DNA of 64,000 bases from Actinomycetes bacterium (lineage in GTDB: Bacteria; Actinomycetota; Acidimicrobiia; Acidimicrobiales; Bog-793). This document shows positions 20,119 to 29,061 of the stretch, piece by piece. The stretch covers positions 7,699-71,698 of the forward strand of contig JAKABW010000002.1 of assembly GCA_021796535.1 (NCBI GenBank), given 5' to 3'. Positions within the stretch are counted from its first letter, which is position 1. Each line of letters begins with the position of its first letter. The notes under the pieces were generated by a model. That model saw nothing but the letters and a program-made list of their open reading frames with translations. It made no database searches and was not told the origin of the DNA. A program made the position numbers and the translations under genes.

Positions 20119-21288
20119 AACCGGCTCAGGTATTTTCCTGTATCCGCTGTCACGAATCCCGCTGCGTCTTTGCCTTTTGACGACCCGGTTGTTTAGAATC
20201 TGTCAATCTCTTCGGTTTTTCGCTTTCTTGCACAGAGAGGCTTTTGTGCGGTTGTCTTGACCGTGGGTAAGCGGAAGGCAATTGTCACGAGGTGAAGACA
20301 GAGAAATACCGCGTCCGTATTCTCCTGACATTCGACACGATCCTTATCCGAAGGGCCAAAGGGGTCGTAAAAATAGACAAACAAACATTTCGCTTCGAAA
20401 ATAGCTTGTCAAGGTCGGTATTCGATCTTCTCAAACCGGTGCCATCTCAATTGATGAGCACAAGACAAGAAATAAAGAGCCGCTTACTTTGCAACTCTTT
20501 GGAATGCCGACTACGGCTCTAAAAAGATGTGCCGCTTTCTTCCCTGAAGGAGGCTAAGGGTTTTAGAGAAAGAGGGAAACCCCGAAAATCAAAAGGAATC
20601 GATTCTTTGACGGTTCAGGCCCTGAAAGCAATTGCGGCGTTAAAACCAATCGGCATCGCTGAAAGCGATTCTGAGGATACCGAGAAGGTTATTTTTGCTG
20701 ATAAGCCGAGACTCTGTGTATTTTGGATGCAACTTGTCGTTTTGTCATTATTTTTTATCAGTGATCGAATTGGAGTAATCAAGGAGCGAAAATAATAATT
20801 GAGGGCTGGTGGCTTTTGCAGGAAAAAAGAACGAACTCCAATTTTGATACAAGCTTAGTTATTGCCGACGTTCTTTTGCCGAGACTCACGGCACAGCTTT
20901 TATGCCGTCCGCACTTTTGTCCGGAGGGAGTAACTCCGGTTTTTATATACTTCGAAGTTTTGTACAATGAAGTGGGAACTTAGGTAAAAGAGTTTGTGTT
21001 GCAATCGCTGGGGAGGGATCCGGCTTTACTTTATTGAACGGGGAAAGCATGCTATAGCCGCCATTTACCATACGGTGAGAGTCTTCCGCCGTCTTGTTGA
21101 ACGTATTCGTTTCCGGAAACGTTGCTGACAAAAGCGGTAAATTGGAGTTACTCACCAAATGGGACACGGAACTCGCTTAGCTATGCCGCCTCTACTGTAG
21201 CAGCTTGTTCGAATTGAATCGGCGAAATATAGCCGATGCCCGAGTGCCGTCGTTTCCGGTTGTAGAAGTGGATCCAATCAAAGATCTC

Positions 21289-23266
21289 TAGTTCGAACTT
21301 ACGTCAGGCCGGGTAGGTTCGATGCCCTCTAGCAGTAAAGATGACTCATCTGGCCAGTTAGTACTGTCTACATCAGGCGCAAAGGCACCGCTGTCCCAAT
21401 TAGCTCGAACACTCTTTTCTGCGTAGGCGTTGGCCTAGCAAGTAAATCAAAGGTAGTTGAATTAGTGTCCGTCACTGTTCTCATGGTGTTGCGGGTCAAA
21501 GTTCCGAGGTGTTCAATTAGTTCCCTGAAGCCTCGAACGGGCTCGCCGTCTTGGTTTTCCTTGTGTGCAGCTTTTTTCTTCGCCCCTCGTGAAGGGGTGG
21601 CTGGAGCCACAGGGTTTTCTCTCGTAGTTGTTCGAAGCTCGTCGGTAAAGGTGAGTGGGGCAAGAACTTCACGCAGATGCCACACGAGGTAAGCAGCCAA
21701 CATGCAGATAAATACGTGAGACCGAACACGGCCCTCCAGGTAGTGATGGATGGGCCTCAAGTCGATGTCGTCTACTTTGATGTGACGAAAGTCCCGCTCA
21801 ACGTTAGATAGCGCCTTGTAGGCAATCGCTACCTCAGAAGCATCCACTTCGTTGTTGGTAAGTGTAGTTCGCAGAACATATATCCCATCTAAGGCCGCCT
21901 CTTGTTCGATGGCAGATTCTCGCCGGGTAACAGATAGGGATGAATTGGTAATGGTCACCTCGAAGTGCTTGGCTATCTTGTACTTGTTGAGAACTTTGCC
22001 GACCTTCATCCCAATCTTGTCTGATCCCTCAAGGCGACCATTTTCGACCGCCAAGATAATCGGTGCCAAGGATTTCTTCGGTGGCTCCTAGAAGTTCAAT
22101 TCGCTTGCGTTTTCGCTCGTAAGCCAAAACAGGATTGCGACAAGCAACCAGGCCTTCATCTGGATAGTCGAGATGGGTGAACTCGGCTAGATCCATCTCG
22201 TCGAATAGAGATAGTTGAAGCGGTCCGTTATTTCGGGCCAACCCCGCAATCTGGGGGGCACGAAGACATGTTAGCCAGCCGATATCGCCAGCTTCACGTA
22301 GTGCACTAATGCGAGCCGATGTAATCATCCCACGATCTCCAACCATGACAAGTGAATCGAGTTTGAAGCGGCGGCGAATCGAATCAACAATTGAAATGAA
22401 GGCACTTGGATCGGCTGTGTTGCCGGGAAAGACTTCAATAGCCACCGGACGACCATCTTTGTCAGTTAGAAGCCCATATTCGATCTGAGCAGTGCCCTTC
22501 TTTTTGTCACGCGAGTCTCCACGAGCTGCCAGTTCGTTCTTAGTTCCTTCTACCCACGATGACGACAGATCGAAATAGGCCAATGTAGAAGACTTTGACT
22601 CATTGGCTAAATGACGACGTGCAAGTTTTGTCTCGATTATTTCCTGGTTTGCGCCAAGCCAGTCCATTGCTCCATAGACCTCATCAGTTGAAATCCCATC
22701 AAGTCCCAGATCACATTCCAAGGTAGTATCATCCCACCACTTAGTCGTCGCCAACTTAGGGCGCTGGTGAACAACTCTGACAACTACCAGGGCAAATGCA
22801 ATGTCACGCTCTCTACAGGCAGGTCCTAAAAGTTCAAGAAACCTGAGTTTCTTAGCCATCTCAACAACTGCAGCTACGTGACCATGAGCCAGTGAACGCG
22901 TGCACTCTAGGCCTTCACCAGCAACTAGAAGAGTCTTGCCAGCCAAGGTCGCTCGTAGTGCATCTAAGGCACGATCAGGCAAGGCCGAGACATTTCCTAA
23001 CGTCTCATGACAGATCTTGCCTTCCTGGCGAAAGCTGCGGCGCAAGAGGTAAGAGACCGACTGACGATCCTCTCCGTCTTTACTTCGATACTTGCGCACC
23101 ACTCGGGCAACGTGAACGGCACTATCTTGCCTAGTCATACAGCTCTTCTAACATACCTCTTTGGCAATGTCACGCATTATCTTGGCTACATTAATACAAC
23201 CGAACCAAGCAATCGGTGCAGCTCAGCAGCCAGATCTGCGGAAATCGGAGACGCAAGTTCGGACTA
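21289..23266 (-). mobile_element. IS1634-family insertion sequence (~1.98 kb)
   Basis: 17-bp imperfect terminal IRs TAGTTCGAACTTACGTC (21289-21305) and GACGCAAGTTCGGACTA (23250-23266), 15/17 match; flanks GATCTC / AATCTC suggest a 5-6 bp target duplication. Confidence 0.88.
21368..23138 (-). pseudogene. IS1634-family DDE transposase split by a +1 frameshift near 22070
   Basis: ORF 22029-23138 (LLRRSFR, YFDLSSSW, PGNTAD, VGDRGM) and ORF 21368-22069 (LDGIYVLRT, YKALSNVERDFR, LRPIHH) join into one frame if one C in GAAATCCTTGGCA is removed. Confidence 0.85.
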
Positions 23267-23311
23267 AATCTCTCGAGCCACTTCAAAAGCCTTGTTTTTC
23301 AAACACTCTGT

Positions 23312-23358
23312 AAAAAGATAAAGCATCAATAAAGCCGATTGTCTTTATTGATGCTTTA
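23312..23358 (-). terminator. Terminator of the pilB...pilO transcript
   Basis: Perfect 16-bp IR TAAAGCATCAATAAAG (23319-23334) / CTTTATTGATGCTTTA (23343-23358); TCTTTTT follows on the minus strand. Confidence 0.8.
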
Positions 23359-23451
23359 GGGAAGTATGCTCATTTGAGATAACTTTTGTACGTGATACCT
23401 AAAATGCGGTGCAAGTGGGCTACCTCTTGCAGTACTCCGTCGAGAAAGTGT

Positions 23452-24096
23452 TTATTTTTTGGATTTCGGCTTTGACGGGGTAAAGCTGGAAGGAGCCACC
23501 GCTGTCGGTGTCGCAGCCTGAGACGTATAAGACGTTGCAGTGATGGTGAGGGTCACCGAGTTGGATACGGTGTAGTTCAAAATGTTGAAAGATCCCGTAC
23601 CGGTTCCGCCCGTGCCGCCGGGAGATATTGACAGCGACTGAATGGTAATTACTCTTTTCAGGTTGTAGATCTGTTGTAAAAATGTATAGGCGTTATTGTA
23701 AGCACCGGTAACGGTCATCGTAATCGGGTCGTCGATGTAGCCGTTCAATTCTCCGAGCGTAAAGTTGGAGATGCTTTGCATGCTCACGCTGTCTTTGGTG
23801 GCCAGTTTGGCAAGCTGGAGTACTACCGCGGGTCTTTGCGGGTTGTAAGGAAACGCTACGGGGAAAACCTTTGACGTAAACGGCGCTTCTTTGTGGATGG
23901 TGCCCTGTTCGGATTTTAGGGTGTTCAATTCATCTTGTAACGTGAGGATCTGCGCTTGGTCGGTTTGTTCCTGCTGATGAACGCTGGCGAGTTTATTTTG
24001 TGCCGGTGATAGCAGCAGGAACCACCAAACTATCAATGCGATGACAAGAATTACCAGAGAGACAATAACTGCTGGTTGTTTTAGTAAATTTTTCAT
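23452..24096 (-). CDS. pilO: Type IV pilus alignment protein PilO
   Basis: N-terminal TM and coiled coil; ITMTVTGAY..FLQQIYNLKRVITIQSL ferredoxin-like motif; coupled to the upstream gene. Confidence 0.85.
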   Translation of the reverse strand: MKNLLKQPAVIVSLVILVIALIVWWFLLLSPAQNKLASVHQQEQTDQAQILTLQDELNTLKSEQGTIHKEAPFTSKVFPVAFPYNPQRPAVVLQLAKLATKDSVSMQSISNFTLGELNGYIDDPITMTVTGAYNNAYTFLQQIYNLKRVITIQSLSISPGGTGGTGTGSFNILNYTVSNSVTLTITATSYTSQAATPTAVAPSSFTPSKPKSKK

Positions 24097-25868
24097 GGTA
24101 CCACCGGTGTAGTAGGGTCAAATTTCTTATATCTGGTTGTATGGATAGATCCCAAAATATTAATTGTTGCAGACCAAGTTGCAGCCGTTGTTGGGGACGA
24201 TGTAATTGCTTGGTAAGAGGTGTATTGGAATTTGCCGTATTTATAGGTATCTTTTGCCCAATTGTAGAATGTCTGGTATCCGGAGTTGCCGTTGATTCCG
24301 TTCAACTGCAATTGTATCGTGCCGAGCACCTGAGTGGGGAGAGGCAGGGAGTACAACGAGGGGGTTGGGGAAGCCGGTGTGATTATGCCACTGGAAGAAG
24401 CCGGCGGGGCCGTCGTTGTGGGAGCCGTACCGTTGGGCCCGGAGGCGGCAGTGGCAGAAAATGACTTGACAATCAATTGTTTTGGCATGGTTGTGTTTAA
24501 TGATTTCAGCACAAGGGGCCAGTTGACTTCGTCGGCAATGGCAGAAAGGGCTATGTTTTTGTCTGTAATGAGCTTTTTGGCTTCTATGACCACATAGTTA
24601 TATTTCGGTATTGTGATATTGAGCTGATTTATCTGGGCTTGATCCTGTCCCACGGCATTTTCTGCATTATGTATGCTGAGAAGTTTAAAGCCGTAAATGA
24701 TGGCCAAAATAAGCAGTATGACGACCACGGCTGCTGCCACAAGCCGCCCGTTGTGTTTCAGTTTCTTTTGAGAGACGAAGTCGGCGGGTAAGAGATTGAT
24801 TCTTTTGATGTTTGGCGGTTCCGGTATGGCCAATCCGATGGCCACTGCGGCAACGTCGTCCAATTGACTTCCCGGTGCTGTATCCTGACCTATTTTTTCG
24901 CCCTGTACGGCTCTTAGGCAACTGGCTCGCTCTACCGGTATCGGCAGGGCCTGCGAGAGTCTGTCGATAAAGCCGGTGAGTCTCGATCCGCCTCCCGTAA
25001 TCAGAAGACGACGCATTTGCATGCCGCTGTAGGTGGAACTGAAGTAATCTATGGAGTTTTTGATTTCCGTAATGAGTTTGGACGAAGCATCCCGTGCGGC
25101 GGCAACGGCAACCGGCGGGGTGTGACGGTCGGGACGTCCCACGTATTTTTTGATGGTGTCCGCATCGGAAAGAGGTATATCAAGCGAAGTGGCTATGGCT
25201 CTGGTGACGGAATTGCCGCCTTCGGCTATGGTACGGACAAAGATCGGTCTTCCGGCATCGTGGACAACCACGAGAGTGAGGTCTGCTCCCACGGATACGA
25301 TTGCCTCCGGTCCGCTTCTTGCCGTTATGTTGTCTCCCAGCGACCTGATAAGAGCGGAAGAAGCCAAGTCTATGCTCTTCGGCACAAGATCGGCGGCAGA
25401 TATTACGTCAAGCAACGGGTAGACCAAATCGCTGTGCGCCGCCGCCAACATAACTTTTATCGGTTGCCCCGGAGAAGTCGGGGCAGAAGAAATTCTGCGG
25501 GCAGAAAGCAACGTTTTTTCGCTCGGAAATGGAATAAGATCCATGGCCTGCAATTTTACTGCTTCATCGAGTTCATTGTCCGGAACGGACGGCAGTTCGA
25601 TTTCACGGGAAATTGCCCGGAGTCCCGAAACTACCAAATGTACGGCAAGCGGTTTTTCGAGACGGCCGCGCTTTAATCTGGGTACAGTCAGACACTGTTT
25701 GATGGCGGCAGTTACGGCATCAGGGTTGACAATTGCTCCGTCGACGACTGCACCTTGCGGCAGTGCGGCTTCAGCGAACGCAATGAGACTCTTATGATGA
25801 CCCTTAACGGATACCTTGGCTATTCTTACTGCCGTGGCTGAGATTTCAAGACCTATATTGGTTGACAT
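24093..25868 (-). CDS. pilM: PilM-PilN fusion protein
   Basis: Actin-like PilM (IGLEIS, GAVVDG, LLITGGGSRL, AVAIGLA) runs in frame into the PilN INLLP motif, a TM helix, a coiled coil and a VNWP..L domain. Confidence 0.85.
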   Translation of the reverse strand: MSTNIGLEISATAVRIAKVSVKGHHKSLIAFAEAALPQGAVVDGAIVNPDAVTAAIKQCLTVPRLKRGRLEKPLAVHLVVSGLRAISREIELPSVPDNELDEAVKLQAMDLIPFPSEKTLLSARRISSAPTSPGQPIKVMLAAAHSDLVYPLLDVISAADLVPKSIDLASSALIRSLGDNITARSGPEAIVSVGADLTLVVVHDAGRPIFVRTIAEGGNSVTRAIATSLDIPLSDADTIKKYVGRPDRHTPPVAVAAARDASSKLITEIKNSIDYFSSTYSGMQMRRLLITGGGSRLTGFIDRLSQALPIPVERASCLRAVQGEKIGQDTAPGSQLDDVAAVAIGLAIPEPPNIKRINLLPADFVSQKKLKHNGRLVAAAVVVILLILAIIYGFKLLSIHNAENAVGQDQAQINQLNITIPKYNYVVIEAKKLITDKNIALSAIADEVNWPLVLKSLNTTMPKQLIVKSFSATAASGPNGTAPTTTAPPASSSGIITPASPTPSLYSLPLPTQVLGTIQLQLNGINGNSGYQTFYNWAKDTYKYGKFQYTSYQAITSSPTTAATWSATINILGSIHTTRYKKFDPTTPVVP

Positions 25869-26028
25869 TAGGAAATTCTCACTTTAAGTCTAGATTGTAT
25901 TTTCATAGCACAGTTCAATATGGCACATAGTAGCACTATTTTACTTGCTTTCATTTGTTTTGGTGTTATTTCTGTGACAATATGATAATTTTGCTCGCAA
26001 AGGATTTGCCTCAGATTCCCCTTCGTTC

Positions 26029-27273
26029 TTATGCGTTTGCTCCGTTTTTCTGAACAAGCGATATGTAACCGAACATGGGCAGGTACATAGATATAACTAT
26101 GAATCCTATTGAAATTCCAAGGAAAACAATAATAAGCGGTTCAAGCAGTGAAGACAGACTGGCGACGGTTGTTTCAATTTCGTCTTCGTAGAATTTGGTA
26201 ACCCTGTTGAGCATGTCGTCAAGCGCTCCGGACTCTTCTCCGGTTTCTATCATTTGCGTTACCATATTAGGTATTACGGAAAAGACCGATAAGGCTTCCG
26301 CCAAGCCTTTCCCTTCTCTGACGGTATTTTCTGCATTGCGGAACGCTTCCGCTACGATCGCGTTGCCGGCATTGTCTGCAGTGATTTCCAAGGCTTCTAT
26401 GATGCCCACGCCGGATGCAAGAAGCGATGCCAGGGTCCCGGTACCTCTCGTAATGGATATTTTATGGATCAACGGTCCGAATATGGGCATCTTTAATTTA
26501 AAAGCATCCCATTTTCTTCTTCCGTCCGGTGTGTGGATCCAACGGTTGAAGAGAATTAGTATTCCTACGACAACCGCAACAAAAACAGCCAACCAGTAGG
26601 TCGCCAGATCGTTGGATACGTCTATGACGATTTGGGTGGGGAGCGGCAAAGTTCCCTTTAGGGTGCTGTAGATCTTTTTGAAAGTAGGGACGACAAATAT
26701 CATCAAGGCTATAACAACCAGAATGACTATCGACATGACCATGGCCGGATACGTCATGGCTGATTTTACTTTGCGCCTTAACTCCACCTGTTTTTCAATT
26801 GTGGTTGCCAAACGCAAAAGAGTTGTATCCAGTGATCCTCCGGCTTCGCCGGCCTTTACCATGGCTATGTAAAGAGGGCTGAATGCTTTGGGATGTTTTT
26901 CCAGAGCACGCGAAAATGACACACCCTGTTCCAAGTCTCTTCTGACGTTGTTGACGGCAGACTGCAGAACCTTGGAAGTCAGCTGATCGCTGATGATGGT
27001 CAGGGCTCTGACCAGAGTGAGACCCGCCGTTACCATGGTGGCCAGCTGCCGGCTCATCAGGGCAACTTCTTTGAGGTTTGCCTTGTCGTTGATTCCCGGA
27101 ATTATGAGTTCTTTGCGGAGGTCTAATTTTGGTTGAGGCTGGATGTTGACGGGGATATAGCCCATCGATCTGAGCTTATTCCCGACGGCCGTAATGCTTT
27201 CCGATTCTATTTTACCTTTAATCAGTTTTCCGTTGGAGTCTCTTACTTTATATTCAAAAACAGTTGTTGGCAT
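26029..27273 (-). CDS. pilC: Type IV pilus platform protein PilC (GspF family)
   Basis: RQLATMVTAG, AGEAGG, KVKSAMTYP, GEESG and LLEP..MYLPMF motifs. Confidence 0.95.
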   Translation of the reverse strand: MPTTVFEYKVRDSNGKLIKGKIESESITAVGNKLRSMGYIPVNIQPQPKLDLRKELIIPGINDKANLKEVALMSRQLATMVTAGLTLVRALTIISDQLTSKVLQSAVNNVRRDLEQGVSFSRALEKHPKAFSPLYIAMVKAGEAGGSLDTTLLRLATTIEKQVELRRKVKSAMTYPAMVMSIVILVVIALMIFVVPTFKKIYSTLKGTLPLPTQIVIDVSNDLATYWLAVFVAVVVGILILFNRWIHTPDGRRKWDAFKLKMPIFGPLIHKISITRGTGTLASLLASGVGIIEALEITADNAGNAIVAEAFRNAENTVREGKGLAEALSVFSVIPNMVTQMIETGEESGALDDMLNRVTKFYEDEIETTVASLSSLLEPLIIVFLGISIGFIVISMYLPMFGYISLVQKNGANA

Positions 27274-27306
27274 CTGACCTTATTCCTATTGTCGCTTACG
27301 ATGGTC

Positions 27307-29061
27307 TTATAAAGTGTTTAAGTGATCCCGCAACTCATTGGGATTGCGGCAACGGTCAAAAGCGTGAGCTTCCGTTATGGTTCCGGCTCTGACGGCTTTG
27401 GCAAGGGCCTGGTCCATGGTTTGCATGCCGTAAGAACTGCCCGTCTGCATTAATGAGTATATCTGGTGTGTTTTTGCCGTTCTGATGAGGTTTCGTATAC
27501 CGGAAGTACATGCCATGATTTCCGCGATGGGCAGTCTCGCCGTGCCGTTTGCATTCAAGACAAGTTGCTGTGTCACGACGGCTTCCAAAGTTCCGGCAAG
27601 CTGAACGCGAATCTGGTCTTGCTGGTTTGTCGGGAATACGTCGATAATACGGTCTATCGTTTGGGGTGCATCTTGCGTGTGCAGTGTGGCAAATACCAAG
27701 TGGCCGGTTTCGGCGGCCGTCAGTGCCGTAGAAATGGTTTCCAGGTCTCTCATTTCACCGACCAGAATGACATCCGGGTCCTGCCGGAGTACGTGCTTTA
27801 GAGATTCGGCAAACGATACGGTGTCAACCCCCACTTCTCTCTGGTTCACTATTGCCTTTTTGCTGGTATGGAGAAACTCTATGGGGTCTTCTACGCTGAC
27901 TATGTGAAGCGGACGGGCCATATTGATAATGTCGATCAGTGAGGCGAGAGTGGTGGACTTTCCCGAACCGGTGGGACCGGTAACAAGTACCAGACCGTGT
28001 CGCAGTTCGGCAAAAGTTTTGATTACGTCGGGCAGACCCAATGTGGAGAAAGCGGGTATCTCGTGGGGAATCATTCTCAGTACGGCACCTATGTACCCGC
28101 GCTGCTGCATGACGTTTACCCTGAAACGCCCCACTCCCTTTACGGCGTAGCTGGTATCCAATTCTTTTGTTTCTTCGAATCTTTCCCTGATCGCCTGAGG
28201 CAAAATTGAATAAATCATTTCACGCAGACTGTCGTTGTCCAAAACGGGCAACTGGTCTATTTTTCTGATGGAACCGTTTATTCTGATCGCCGGCGGCAGG
28301 CCTACAGCCAAGTGTAAGTCGGAGGCTTTATTTGCGACGGCGTAAGTAAGAAGTTGGTCTACGTCCGGATGCTTTGGTTTGGAGCCGTTATCCGATTGGG
28401 GGTCTTTCATCTGGGCTGTATCAGATGCGGCATTGGCCGAGACATCGTCTTTGCCCATGCGGGCAAGTTGTGATACGGTCAGTCTTTCTTCGCTTTCAGC
28501 GCTGGCCCGAGGCTCCGGTGTTTTTGTCACCGGTGCCGGTGCGGGTTTTGGATTGTCCGACGGCGGTATGTACGCGCCGGAGTAATTGTCGCGTTCGATG
28601 CGTGTAATAATTTGACTTATCTGCATGGGATCGGCTATAAACACAGCCGCCACTTCACGTCCGGCCAGAAGCGATATTTTGGCTATTTGGTCAGCGCTCA
28701 AAGGCGTGCTTGCCACAACCGACAATTCGTTGGAGCCGTCTACGGCATATCCTATTGCGCCGAATCTTCTTGCCACGCCGGGCGGCAATATGGTGGCGGC
28801 TTCGGTGGTCGGGGGATCCGTGTCGAGATCGACTACTTTAACGCCTGAAATCTGTGACAGCGTGTCAAGACAGGATTTGGTCGACAACAATCCCGAATCG
28901 GACAGTATTACCGATATGGGAGCCATTCTTTGTGTGGCTATGTCCACTACCCGTGCCGCTTCGTCTTGGGAGATTACTTCACCGCGGATCAGGGCTTCCA
29001 GAAGTCTTTGTCCCCAATCGATAGGTTGCTGTGTCGATGTATTTGATGTTGTGTCACTCAT
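27307..29061 (-). CDS. pilT: Retraction ATPase PilT with an N-terminal MshEN/T2SSE_N-like domain
   Basis: ASDLHL, GPTGSGKST, EDPIE, DPDVILVGEMRD, TLHT and GIRNLIR (AIRNLIRE-like); ~230-aa N-terminal extension. Confidence 0.9.
   Translation of the reverse strand: MSDTTSNTSTQQPIDWGQRLLEALIRGEVISQDEAARVVDIATQRMAPISVILSDSGLLSTKSCLDTLSQISGVKVVDLDTDPPTTEAATILPPGVARRFGAIGYAVDGSNELSVVASTPLSADQIAKISLLAGREVAAVFIADPMQISQIITRIERDNYSGAYIPPSDNPKPAPAPVTKTPEPRASAESEERLTVSQLARMGKDDVSANAASDTAQMKDPQSDNGSKPKHPDVDQLLTYAVANKASDLHLAVGLPPAIRINGSIRKIDQLPVLDNDSLREMIYSILPQAIRERFEETKELDTSYAVKGVGRFRVNVMQQRGYIGAVLRMIPHEIPAFSTLGLPDVIKTFAELRHGLVLVTGPTGSGKSTTLASLIDIINMARPLHIVSVEDPIEFLHTSKKAIVNQREVGVDTVSFAESLKHVLRQDPDVILVGEMRDLETISTALTAAETGHLVFATLHTQDAPQTIDRIIDVFPTNQQDQIRVQLAGTLEAVVTQQLVLNANGTARLPIAEIMACTSGIRNLIRTAKTHQIYSLMQTGSSYGMQTMDQALAKAVRAGTITEAHAFDRCRNPNELRDHLNTL

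Noticed and set aside
22029-22090. Programmed frameshift in the transposase
   Set aside because: No slippery heptamer seen, and IS1634 transposases are single-ORF; a single-base insertion or sequence error is more likely
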